Shown here: one piece after another, positions 17,654-26,043 of the stretch | Layout of the letters: each line of letters starts with the position of its first letter | Position numbering within the stretch: the first letter of the stretch is position 1 | Assembly (NCBI RefSeq): GCF_000354175.2 | Contig: NC_022359.1 | Span: 1,170,001-1,202,000 of the forward strand | Reading direction: 5' to 3' | From: Vibrio alginolyticus NBRC 15630 = ATCC 17749 | Lineage (GTDB): Bacteria > Pseudomonadota > Gammaproteobacteria > Enterobacterales > Vibrionaceae | DNA: 32,000 nucleotides | The notes under the pieces: generated by a model | The model's database searches: none | What the model was told of the DNA's origin: nothing | The model's input: only the letters and a program-made list of their open reading frames with translations | Program-made: the position numbers and the translations under genes

Positions 17654-18559
17654 ATGAATAACACTCGTTATGGCACTTTTATGGCAGCATTCTCCTTTGT
17701 GATCTGGGGATTGCTACCAATTTATTATCGTTATTTACCAAATGCTTCTATGGATGAGTTGCTAGCATGGCGAATCATTGGGTCTGTACCTGTCGGGTTT
17801 CTAATTGTACTTGGGATAACCCGTCGAGGGCTGAATTGGAAAGAAATCTGGCTTGATAAAAAATCCTTGTGGTACACGTTTGTGGCGAGCAGTTTGATGT
17901 GTATTTCTTGGAGTGCGTTCACTTGGGCTTTGACCCATCATCGGGTCATCGATGCCAGCTTAGGCTTCTTTATTGGACCATTAGTATCTGTTGCGCTGGG
18001 CGTATTTATTCTTGGGGATAGGCTCTCAAAAGGCAAACTTATTGCAATAGTGTTGGCAACAATTGGTGTTATGTATCAAGTGATTCACTATGGTCAGCTA
18101 CCCGTTATCGCACTAACGATGGGGTTGTTCTTTGCTTTGTATGGGTTGTACAAGAAGAAGATAAATTATGACTGGAGTACAACCTTGTTTGTTGAGGCGT
18201 TGTTACTGACTCCAGTTGCACTCGCATATTTGCTCTATAAACAATGGGCAACTGGTGAACTGGCTTCGGGCACAGATACCACAACATTGCTTTTGTATTT
18301 TGGCAGTGCACCTATCACAATTTTACCACTTGTATTTTATTCTATCGCAATACGTATAACTAATTTATCAACTGTCGGTCTAATGCAATACATCGAGCCA
18401 AGCTTGCAGTTTGTGTTGGCAGTTATGTTTTTTGGCGAGTTGTTTGACGAAGTGAAAGCGGTGACCTTTGCATTTATTTGGGTAGGGCTGTTGTTCACAA
18501 TTTTTGAAAGTATTATCAAAGGCCATCGGCGCAAAAAGCTGGTCAAACACCCCTTATAG
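17654..18559 (+). CDS. rarD: EamA/DMT-family protein RarD
   Basis: Collinear with remembered E. coli RarD: FIWG..P.YY, HHRVIDASLGFFIGPLVSVALGVFILGDR, LPVIALTMGLFFALYGLYKKKI, MQYIEPSLQFVLAVMFFGE, VTFAFIWVGL. The start is set at ATG 17654. The track starts 5 codons earlier, at 17639. Confidence 0.82.
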   Translation: MNNTRYGTFMAAFSFVIWGLLPIYYRYLPNASMDELLAWRIIGSVPVGFLIVLGITRRGLNWKEIWLDKKSLWYTFVASSLMCISWSAFTWALTHHRVIDASLGFFIGPLVSVALGVFILGDRLSKGKLIAIVLATIGVMYQVIHYGQLPVIALTMGLFFALYGLYKKKINYDWSTTLFVEALLLTPVALAYLLYKQWATGELASGTDTTTLLLYFGSAPITILPLVFYSIAIRITNLSTVGLMQYIEPSLQFVLAVMFFGELFDEVKAVTFAFIWVGLLFTIFESIIKGHRRKKLVKHPL

Positions 18560-18597
18560 TGGTTTCAATATTCTCACATATTAGCTTCTTTATTCTT

Positions 18598-18623
18598 ATG
18601 CCCTCCATTCGAGGGCATTTTTA
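18598..18623 (+). terminator. Rho-independent terminator of rarD
   Basis: ATGCCCTC-CATTC-GAGGGCAT followed by TTTTAAT, 39 nt after the stop codon. Confidence 0.68.
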
Positions 18624-18768
18624 ATGTCATGAAGCATTGGCTTTCGTTTTTTGCCCGAATAGAAATCATAACTTGAGATTATTTGACGCATTATCATAAT
18701 GATACCGCTATAGTTATAGCCAAGTGACACGCTTATATAAGTGAAAACCAGATCAAGAAGGACGACAT

Positions 18769-19155
18769 ATGATCACTGCTCTGTATGCCAACATTCTCGC
18801 AATACTCATTATTTGGTTGGCTGTTCAAGTAATTAAGCAACGTCGCTTAAATCAAATTGCTTATGCCGATGGTGGGGTAGAGGTTCTACAAATTGCTCGT
18901 AGTGCCCAGAGCAATGCGACAGAATATATCCCCATCACCCTGATTTTAATGGCACTTTTAGAATTCAATAGTGCTTACCCAACATGGATACATCTCACCG
19001 GTATTATTTTTGTAATTGGTAGAGTTATTCATGCTAAAGGCATATTGAAAAAAGACTTGAAAAAACGCATTAGAGGGATGCAGGTGACATTTCTGGTGAT
19101 ACTTTCATTGGTTGTGTTAAATATGATTTACCTGCCATACGATAAGTTATGGTAA
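18769..19155 (+). CDS. yecN: MAPEG-family inner membrane protein (YecN-like)
   Basis: 128 aa. The pattern ALYA...R..QIAYADGG...LQIARSAQSNATEYIPITLILMALLE...GRVIHAKG parallels remembered E. coli YecN (VAYGDGG...IRIHGNAVEYIPI...GRLMHYYG). SD GAAGGA. Confidence 0.68.
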   Translation: MITALYANILAILIIWLAVQVIKQRRLNQIAYADGGVEVLQIARSAQSNATEYIPITLILMALLEFNSAYPTWIHLTGIIFVIGRVIHAKGILKKDLKKRIRGMQVTFLVILSLVVLNMIYLPYDKLW

Positions 19156-19682
19156 GTCTGCGACGTTACATTCCACCACCTTGGGTACTCGTTCTGATTG
19201 GATTAGTACTGAATATTGGCGCGATCATCGTTACTAGCTTAGTCCTTGATAAGTTGGGTAAACAGCAATCGCAGCTCGCAGAGCAAACAGCAAAAAACTT
19301 GTATTCCATCCAACTCGCATGGAACAGTGTGGAAACCCTAGAAAGGAAAAGAGAAGCTTTACTGCTGCATGTGCACATAAGTCAGAGCGTAGCGATACCT
19401 TTAGAGCTAGAAGAGGTATTAGCAGGGCATTTATCTTCTTGGGTTCTCAACGAGTCGGATGAAATAAAAATTGATCAACTTCCTCAACTGATGTCAAAGA
19501 TAAATCAGGCACAAGCTTCGTATAGAGACCGCATCGATAATTACTACATTGAGAATGTAGAGCTCAATGAGGTAATGGCAAACCAGGATGAAAAGATCGC
19601 TTGGTACAAGAATATCGGACTCTTCTTGCAAGTATTCGGACTTGCGTTAATCCTTGCACGCGACTTAGCTAGGAAGCAATAA
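19149..19682 (+). CDS. Hypothetical bitopic membrane protein (N- and C-terminal TM helices flanking a coiled-coil-like core)
   Basis: 177 aa. Its ATG overlaps the yecN-like stop (ttATGgTAA), which suggests translational coupling. TM1 WVLVLIGLVLNIGAIIVTSLVL, TM2 IGLFLQVFGLALILA. I recognise no family. Confidence 0.5.
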   Translation: MVSLRRYIPPPWVLVLIGLVLNIGAIIVTSLVLDKLGKQQSQLAEQTAKNLYSIQLAWNSVETLERKREALLLHVHISQSVAIPLELEEVLAGHLSSWVLNESDEIKIDQLPQLMSKINQAQASYRDRIDNYYIENVELNEVMANQDEKIAWYKNIGLFLQVFGLALILARDLARKQ

Positions 19683-19707
19683 AAGCAAGAGCTAAAGATC
19701 AGGTTTA

Positions 19708-19741
19708 TTGCGAAATGCCAATGGTAGTTTGCAAATTGCAA
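19708..19741 (+). promoter_or_regulatory. Two LuxO (bEBP) binding boxes upstream of qrr
   Basis: TTGCAAATTGCAA (19729-19741) is a perfect match to TTGCA-W3-TGCAA. TTGCGAAATGCCA (19708-19720) has 2 mismatches. They lie ~85-120 bp upstream of the -24 element, the usual UAS distance. Confidence 0.65.
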
Positions 19742-19825
19742 TTTATTCGGTGAGCAAACAGTAGCTATTGGTTAAGTTTTAATGAAAGTGATTAAATAAC
19801 AACCTGTTTTTGTGCGCTTAAAAGT

Positions 19826-19842
19826 TGGCACGCCTCATGCTT
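19826..19842 (+). promoter_or_regulatory. Sigma-54 (-24/-12) promoter of qrr
   Basis: In TGGCACGCCTCATGCTT the GG (19827-28) and GC (19839-40) are exactly 12 nt apart, as in TGGCACG-N4-TTGCW. This predicts +1 at ~19852, which is the canonical Qrr 5' end TGACCC. Confidence 0.8.
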
Positions 19843-19851
19843 TAGTATGAG

Positions 19852-19959
19852 TGACCCTTTCTAAGCCGAGGGTCACCTAGCCAACTGACGTTGTTAGTGA
19901 ACCATCTTGTTCACAAATATATACAGCCAATCACGACTCCTTGTGGTTGGCTTTTTTTT
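19852..19959 (+). ncRNA. qrr: Qrr quorum-regulatory small RNA (Hfq-dependent; not qrr1, since luxO is not adjacent)
   Basis: 108 nt. SL1 is TGACCCT/AGGGTCA. The invariant core GGTCACCTAGCCAACTGACGTTGTTAGTGAA is present. SL3 is GTGAAC-CATCTT-GTTCAC. The terminator is AGCCAATCACGA-CTCC-TTGTGGTTGGCT plus T8. Confidence 0.92.
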
Positions 19960-19966
19960 ATGCAGT

Positions 19967-21331
19967 CTAGAACTGTGCTTTAATCCAGATCATGCGATGG
20001 TCGGAAGATACATCCTTACCATCACCATACTTACCGATACGTGCATCGTTAAATAGTTTACGGCCTTCTTCATAAGACGCTGACCAGTACACACCAGAGT
20101 CTATTACATTCAAATTTGCTGAAGGCAAGGCATAGTCTACCCCTAAGCCAAACGTTGAAGTGATGCGATTCGGATATGGGTGAGTTGAACTGCGGTCAAC
20201 AGCGTGTTCAGCTGCACCAAAGCTTGTTGGGTAAAGCTCACCATTCATCACGGTTTGGTTAACCAATGGATCGTTGTGCAGCTCTTGCATTACAGAGCTA
20301 ATACCGTCACCAGCCACTGGATCAAGGTTTTGATCACCCATCATTACGAATTTAGCGCCGTTCGTTAAGCCACCTGTCTTACCCGCATCGTCGTAAAAAT
20401 AGTCTTTGCCTTGAATGTAATGATGCCAAAACTCCACTTCTGCTGCGTTTTGCGCTTTGTTTTTACCGGTGTCAAATACTGGTGGAGTAGGATGAGACAT
20501 CAACAAGTGTACAACTTCTTCGCCGTTGCGAGTTGGAATGATGATTGGCGCGTCGACGTGATTTTTCGAAGATAGACGCACTTGATCCCATTCTTCCGCT
20601 GAGTACCATTCATCACCACACTTCATGCCGTCTGGAATCTTTTGCGAACCGTCACAGATAGTAATGGTTGGAATTTTCGCACCTTCCATATCTTTCCATT
20701 TAAATGCTTGGAATGTACGTGTGTTTGCCGTGTCAATTTTATACTTAGACATAAGGGCAAATGCATATTGACCATGGTACATGCCAAAGCCCCATGCATC
20801 ACCTGGCATTTGACCTGCGGTACCGTTGTTGTCGAGATCAAACTCACTCAACAACCCTGTATTAGTTGAGTAAGATTCAGCATAAGGGTATTCAATAGGC
20901 TCAAGGTTTGCTTCACCGCCCGCGCCATTGATGCTTTGCGCGACAGACAGGTAGTTCTTCTGGAATCCTTCAATGGCTGCTTTGTTTTCGCCTGTTCCGT
21001 CGTTGTTGTATTCCGCCATCATAAGAACATCAGGACGATTCTTTTGAATGATTGCTGCAACGTTACGAATTTGAATGACTTTTTCCGCAGTGGTTTTGTC
21101 TTCGGCTGCGATTGAACCGTCTAAATAAGAGGTGACCAACGCAGTTTGCTGCGTTGGTTCAATTTGCATTTCATCTACCAAAGTTTCGAAGGTAGCGCGG
21201 TCAAAAGAGAGGTTGTAAGTCGCTATTTTTACTTCTTTAGGCTGAACATTGACGTATTCAGTATCGTCATTACATCCAGATAGTAGAGCGGCGCCAACAA
21301 GGACAGCGATAGAGGTTTTGATTGCTTTCAT
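19967..21331 (-). CDS. Endonuclease/exonuclease/phosphatase (EEP) family lipoprotein, probably secreted or surface nuclease/phosphatase
   Basis: 454 aa. Lipobox LLSGC|NDD. KIATYNLSF opens the EEP fold. The C-terminal SSDHRMIWIKAQF carries the catalytic SDH motif. The stop lies 7 nt from the end of the qrr terminator. Confidence 0.75.
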   Translation of the reverse strand: MKAIKTSIAVLVGAALLSGCNDDTEYVNVQPKEVKIATYNLSFDRATFETLVDEMQIEPTQQTALVTSYLDGSIAAEDKTTAEKVIQIRNVAAIIQKNRPDVLMMAEYNNDGTGENKAAIEGFQKNYLSVAQSINGAGGEANLEPIEYPYAESYSTNTGLLSEFDLDNNGTAGQMPGDAWGFGMYHGQYAFALMSKYKIDTANTRTFQAFKWKDMEGAKIPTITICDGSQKIPDGMKCGDEWYSAEEWDQVRLSSKNHVDAPIIIPTRNGEEVVHLLMSHPTPPVFDTGKNKAQNAAEVEFWHHYIQGKDYFYDDAGKTGGLTNGAKFVMMGDQNLDPVAGDGISSVMQELHNDPLVNQTVMNGELYPTSFGAAEHAVDRSSTHPYPNRITSTFGLGVDYALPSANLNVIDSGVYWSASYEEGRKLFNDARIGKYGDGKDVSSDHRMIWIKAQF

Positions 21332-21661
21332 GGGTACGTCATACCTTATAATTAATTCGGCTGAATATTAAAGTCATCAGTCATTGTTTTAAGCGATATT
21401 AGTCACACAAACGTTTTCATATTTACATGTTCAATTAGTTTTTGTGTGATTTGTGCAATAAATGCAACACTTTCAACACCAGAAGGTTATATGTAAATTG
21501 TTAAAAAACGGTGTCGTTATTGATGCGAAATAGAGAGTCCGCCACCGTTAAAAAGAAAAGCGTAGAATTTAAGCGTACATGAGATGTTTGAGTTGTATGC
21601 TTATCGCCGTGTTTTATTTTTTATGTTTAAATTTCTGTATATAATAAGCAGTCAATCAGAA

Positions 21662-21705
21662 GTGAGGACGACCTCACCGCTCTATCTTTTCTCGGGGACG
21701 ACCCC
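21662..21705 (+). promoter_or_regulatory. Guanidine-II riboswitch (mini-ykkC RNA motif)
   Basis: Two tandem hairpins each capped by an ACGA tetraloop: GTGAGG-ACGA-CCTCAC (21662-21677) and GGGG-ACGA-CCCC (21694-21705). They are joined by a 16-nt linker, lie 20 nt upstream of the gdx/sugE ATG and are adjacent to its GGGAA SD. Confidence 0.87.
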
Positions 21706-21725
21706 ATCTCGTTGGGAAATGTGAC

Positions 21726-22040
21726 ATGGCTTGGGGAATTCTCTTCATTGCGGGCTTGTGTGAAATCGCATGGGCTGTCGGTCTTAAATATTCACAAGGG
21801 TTTACCAAATTCGGTGCTTCGGCATTCACTATTGTCTTTATGTTATTGAGCTTTTGGTTGCTTGGCATTGCGTTAAGAACCTTGCCTTTAGGCATTGCTT
21901 ATGGCGTATGGGTAGGGATTGGCGCAATAGGCACGGCAGTCGTGAGTATTTATCTGTTCAATGAGCCAGCAACACTTATCAAAGCCTTAAGCTTGCTAAT
22001 GATTGTCGCTGGTATCGCAGGGTTAAAAATATCAGCTTAA
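21726..22040 (+). CDS. sugE: SMR-family guanidinium exporter Gdx (SugE)
   Basis: 104 aa, 4 TM. MAWGILFIAGLCEIAWAVGLKYSQGF carries the conserved membrane Glu13. It has typical SugE/Gdx length and sequence and is preceded by a guanidine riboswitch. Confidence 0.88.
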   Translation: MAWGILFIAGLCEIAWAVGLKYSQGFTKFGASAFTIVFMLLSFWLLGIALRTLPLGIAYGVWVGIGAIGTAVVSIYLFNEPATLIKALSLLMIVAGIAGLKISA

Positions 22041-22059
22041 CGTTAGGCTAAACACAAAA

Positions 22060-22085
22060 CAGCCAGAGTCACTCTGGCTGTTTTT
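22060..22085. terminator. Hairpin terminator between sugE and the convergent EamA gene
   Basis: CAGCCAGAG-TCA-CTCTGGCTG followed by TTTTTC on the + strand. An A-run precedes it, which gives a U-run on the - strand. Confidence 0.68.
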
Positions 22086-22119
22086 CTAAATGTCGTGTTT
22101 ACGGTTCTGGGTAGGTATA

Positions 22120-23037
22120 TCAAGCGTTGCGCTTAATAAAAGGTAATCGCAAGTGATGACCAAACGCATTAATTAATGCGCCTGTAACAATCAGACCGCC
22201 ACCGACGTACGTCCAAATGATCGGAACCTCGCCAAAGAAAATGATGCCTAACAACACAGAAAATACGATCTGGATATACGAATAAGCGGAGGCTTTACCC
22301 GCTTGTTGAGTTTGCATCGCTTTGGTTAACCCCAATTGTCCAATTTGGGTAAAGACACCAACTAGAACCAACATGAAAGTCAGATATAGATCGGGCATTA
22401 CAAAATCGTCGCCAATCAGTAAGAGTGAAGCGGGGAGAGCAACCAACGGGAAATAGAAAATGATCACTGAGCTGTCTTCTGTCTGACTCAGTTTTCTGAC
22501 AATGACGTAGGCAATTGAGCTACCAAATGCGCCTAAGATCGCAATCATGACGCTAAACATTGGTAAAGCGCTATCTGAGCCTTGCCCAGTTTCTGGGCTT
22601 ACCATGATATAGATGCCGAGTAAGCACAACGCAATACAAAGGAAAGTTGACGGCTGGATGCGCTCTTTCAAGAAAAATACGGCGAGTAGTGCAGTAAATA
22701 CCGGATGAATATACTGGAATATCGTCGCTTCTGCCAAAGGTAAGGTGGTCACTGAATAATATACACACATCAGAGCCATCGTGCCCACAGCACCGCGTGC
22801 AAATAGTAATGGCTTATTATTGCCCCATACAGAAATTCGTTTTCGCTTTACATCGAAATAACTAATGATAAGTGAAACGAGCGCTCTTGCTGCAACGATT
22901 TCAAAAACGGGGATACCGTAGTTGCCGACGTGCTTTACTGTAGCCGACATCAGAGCAAAGCCAAACGCGGAAAGCACCATAAAGCGCACACCGATGGGAA
23001 TCATAGTGTTGAATGAATTGGACATTTTACTGCTCAT
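22120..23037 (-). CDS. EamA/DMT-family transporter
   Basis: 305 aa, ~10 TM helices in two EamA repeats, with Gly/Ala-rich helices. There are several possible Met starts within the first 12 codons. Confidence 0.72.
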   Translation of the reverse strand: MSSKMSNSFNTMIPIGVRFMVLSAFGFALMSATVKHVGNYGIPVFEIVAARALVSLIISYFDVKRKRISVWGNNKPLLFARGAVGTMALMCVYYSVTTLPLAEATIFQYIHPVFTALLAVFFLKERIQPSTFLCIALCLLGIYIMVSPETGQGSDSALPMFSVMIAILGAFGSSIAYVIVRKLSQTEDSSVIIFYFPLVALPASLLLIGDDFVMPDLYLTFMLVLVGVFTQIGQLGLTKAMQTQQAGKASAYSYIQIVFSVLLGIIFFGEVPIIWTYVGGGLIVTGALINAFGHHLRLPFIKRNA

Positions 23038-23194
23038 TTGTTGCGACAGATCTCACTTTAGCATACTTAGTTAGCGATTAAATCCTCTCAACTCAAACAC
23101 TTCTGTCGACAAGATGAATAAACAGTAGAATACGTAGCAATTAATCTGCCTCTCTTCAGCGTAACAATAAAAACTCGATATTTAAGGAGCTTAC

Positions 23195-23653
23195 ATGATC
23201 CCGATAAAAGCAACGCATGTTTCAGGCGTTGTCATTTCAAAAATTGATGGCATAGAAAAAATGCTGTTACTCAAACGCGTAAAAGGTGGCTATTGGTGCC
23301 ATGTTGCAGGTGGTATCGAAGCGGGTGAAGCCGGGTGGCAAACCATTTTAAGAGAGTTAAAAGAAGAGACACTAATTGACCAAGTTGAGTTACATACAGC
23401 AGACTTCCTAGAGCAGTTCTACGAAGCAAAAAATAACCGTATCATGGTTATCCCATGTTTTGTGCTATTTTGTCCGCCTAACCAATCAGTTGTTCTTAAC
23501 GAAGAGCATACAGAGTATCGCTGGTGTACGCTTGAAGAAGCTAAGCAGCTGGCTCCGTTTGCCAATCAGCATCACCTATATGAACATGTATGGAAACATT
23601 ATGTAGATGTGGCATCACTAACGCCATTTACTCTGATCGATCAAAAGGGCTAA
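23195..23653 (+). CDS. NUDIX hydrolase
   Basis: 152 aa. The Nudix box GGIEAGEAGWQTILRELKEETLI fits GX5EX7REUXEEXGU. SD AAGGAG. Confidence 0.82.
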   Translation: MIPIKATHVSGVVISKIDGIEKMLLLKRVKGGYWCHVAGGIEAGEAGWQTILRELKEETLIDQVELHTADFLEQFYEAKNNRIMVIPCFVLFCPPNQSVVLNEEHTEYRWCTLEEAKQLAPFANQHHLYEHVWKHYVDVASLTPFTLIDQKG

Positions 23654-23757
23654 ATGAACGGCAACGGCTTTGATTAGTTTTTATAGAGAGGTTTGTTCTC
23701 ATAAAATGAAGCGTTAGGATTTGCGCTGAGCGTTCACAATAAAAAGGAATAACATCT

Positions 23758-24330
23758 ATGGATGAAGTCACATGCCAAGAGACGTATCAAGGAAATCACT
23801 TACAGAAGCGTTTTTCCGTCTCGCAAAGGGTCTCAATTGAGCCCCTCAACACGAAACACGCTTCCGCTTTACTAGAGGTTGTGAACACTCACCGAGAGAG
23901 CCTTGAGGGCTATCTACCTTGGACGGATTCTGTCACGAATCATAGAGAGGCCGTTAACTACATTTCCCAGCGAGTGAACAGTAACGCGCTGGATTCCCAC
24001 TGGTGCGCAATTTATTTTGATGAGCAACTTACGGGTGTTATTGGCATTAAAGGTGTGGATTCACATACGCGTGTTACTGAAATTGGCTACTGGCTTGCCA
24101 ACAGTGGGCGAGGCCATCGTGTGATTGATCAAGTACTCGCAGTATTGATCCCTTTTTTGAAGCAGAAAGGGCACGCACAATTCATTCAGTTCCATTGTAT
24201 GGAAGATAACATCGCTAGCATCAATATTGCTGAGCGTGCAGGCGCCACATTAAAAGAATACGTTGATCATGAGTTTGATATGCTTGACCGCTCTCAACGA
24301 CTAGGCATTTATGAACTACGTTTGATGTAG
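23758..24330 (+). CDS. GNAT-family N-acetyltransferase (RimJ/RimL-like)
   Basis: 190 aa. IGYWLANSGRGHRVIDQVLAVLIPFL resembles the acetyl-CoA-binding motif A (R/Q-x-x-G-x-G/A). Overall RimJ/L-like layout. SD AAGGAA. Confidence 0.68.
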   Translation: MDEVTCQETYQGNHLQKRFSVSQRVSIEPLNTKHASALLEVVNTHRESLEGYLPWTDSVTNHREAVNYISQRVNSNALDSHWCAIYFDEQLTGVIGIKGVDSHTRVTEIGYWLANSGRGHRVIDQVLAVLIPFLKQKGHAQFIQFHCMEDNIASINIAERAGATLKEYVDHEFDMLDRSQRLGIYELRLM

Positions 24331-24455
24331 TATCCACCCCAGAGATATTTTAATCAGAGTTCGAACTCTAACTTCACGAGCGCTACAATAGTAACATTGT
24401 TGCGCTCGTGTTAACTTGGAGCGTCATTGGTAGAAACTAGGCTAGGAGAAGCATC

Positions 24456-25868
24456 ATGAACGCAATCACAGAGGTTGAAGTAGATAACTTGTTACAGCAA
24501 AGCCTCGAACGCTTAAAAGCGGCATATGCAGCCGAGCCTTATCCTAGTTTGGATGAACGTAAACAGCGCCTCGTTTTGTTAAAAAAATCGCTGCTTGAGA
24601 ACAAACAAGCGCTGGTTGAAGCGTTAAGTGACGATTTTGGCTATCGCTCAGAATTTGATACCGCTATGACCGACGTTTTGCCAACGGTCTCGCATATTAA
24701 TTATACCCTCAAACGACTAAAAAAATGGTGCAAACCCAGCAAGCGCGAATCCGGCTTATTGCTCGCACCTTCTAAAGTCACCGTTCAGTATCAACCGTTA
24801 GGTGTCGTCGGGATCATTTCACCGTGGAACTTTCCTGTGATTTTGAGCCTTGCGCCTTTAGTGACAGCATTGGCTGCTGGCAACCGCGTGATGATGAAGC
24901 TCAGCGAATTTACGCCAAAAACCAATAAAGTCATCGTCGATATTTGCCGTGGGTTGTCTGAGTATGTCGAAGTTTTTGAGGGTGAAGCAGACGTCGCACA
25001 AGCATTCAGCCAACTGCCATTCGATCACCTTTTGTTCACGGGTTCTACGAGTGTTGGTCGCGCAGTGGCAAAAGCGGCAGCGGAAAACCTTACCCCGGTG
25101 ACGTTAGAGTTGGGTGGAAAGTCCCCGGTGATCATTGCAAAAGATGCAGACATGAAGAAAGCCGTTGATGCTATCTTGTTTGGTAAATGCATTAATGCAG
25201 GCCAGATTTGTGTCGCGCCTGACTACGCATTTGTACCGCAAGAACGTGTCGAAGAGTTCATTTCGCTATTCTTAAAACGTTTTGAAAAGCTCTATCTAAA
25301 ATCCAACAAGAATCAAAAGCTGACCCATATTGTCAACCAACGACAATATGATCGTTTGACTGCGCTACTTGAGGATGCAAAAGCGCAAGGTGCTAACCTT
25401 CACACTGTTGAGGCGTCGCCCCAAGAGGAACGACTTCTGTATCCTCATTTGGTCACGGATGTGTCGCCGAATATGCGAATCATGCAAGAGGAGATCTTCG
25501 GGCCATTTCTACCTGTTAAGCCCTACAATGCCGTTGATGAAGCGATTGACTACATTAATCAGCACCAAAGACCACTTGCGCTGTATGTTATGTCGGACGA
25601 CAAATCGACTATCAAACATATTGTACGCAACACCCACAGTGGTGGCGTCGGCGTTAATGATACGGTTTTACATGTTGGCGCTGAAGATGCGCCTTTTGGT
25701 GGCGTTGGTGAATCGGGTATTGGGCATTATCACGGAGAGGAAGGATTCAGAACTTTTAGTCATGCGAAAACCATTCTTCACACACCGAAATGGTTGCCAA
25801 GAACGAGCGTATTAATGCGCCGTAGGGCTATGGCGATAAAAGCGATCCAAAAGATCTTTGTTCGATAA
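24456..25868 (+). CDS. NAD(P)-dependent aldehyde dehydrogenase (coniferyl-aldehyde-dehydrogenase-like class)
   Basis: 470 aa. PWNFP, FTGSTSVGR, the catalytic Glu in LELGGKSP, the catalytic Cys in NAGQICVAPDY, and EEIFGP. SD AGGAGAAG. Confidence 0.85.
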   Translation: MNAITEVEVDNLLQQSLERLKAAYAAEPYPSLDERKQRLVLLKKSLLENKQALVEALSDDFGYRSEFDTAMTDVLPTVSHINYTLKRLKKWCKPSKRESGLLLAPSKVTVQYQPLGVVGIISPWNFPVILSLAPLVTALAAGNRVMMKLSEFTPKTNKVIVDICRGLSEYVEVFEGEADVAQAFSQLPFDHLLFTGSTSVGRAVAKAAAENLTPVTLELGGKSPVIIAKDADMKKAVDAILFGKCINAGQICVAPDYAFVPQERVEEFISLFLKRFEKLYLKSNKNQKLTHIVNQRQYDRLTALLEDAKAQGANLHTVEASPQEERLLYPHLVTDVSPNMRIMQEEIFGPFLPVKPYNAVDEAIDYINQHQRPLALYVMSDDKSTIKHIVRNTHSGGVGVNDTVLHVGAEDAPFGGVGESGIGHYHGEEGFRTFSHAKTILHTPKWLPRTSVLMRRRAMAIKAIQKIFVR

Positions 25869-25890
25869 TAATTATGATTTGATTGATAAA

Positions 25891-25917
25891 AAACCGCCCG
25901 AATAGGCGGTTTTTTGT
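25891..25917 (+). terminator. Rho-independent terminator of the aldehyde dehydrogenase gene
   Basis: AAACCGCC-CGAATA-GGCGGTTT followed by TTTGTTT. Confidence 0.75.
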
Positions 25918-25977
25918 TTCTATATGCTCTGAAACGCTGGGCACCAAAGTCCGAGAAACTTCCATCGCGTGCTACCA

Positions 25978-26012
25978 ACAAAACAAAGAAAGGCTCTTGT
26001 TGATAGAGCCTT
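25978..26012 (-). terminator. Rho-independent terminator of the YbaK-like gene
   Basis: The minus strand reads AAGGCTCT-ATCAACA-AGAGCCTT followed by TCTTTGTTTTGTT, 32 nt after the stop codon. Confidence 0.58.
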
Positions 26013-26043
26013 GTTCAGGAAGTGTCGAGAGATCTTGGCAAGT

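Noticed and set aside
21517-21540. TTATTGAT half-site resembling a LuxR/HapR box between the EEP lipoprotein gene and the riboswitch.
   Set aside because: Only one half of the dyad is present, and the partner half (TNAATAA) is missing. It is not enough to call a site.
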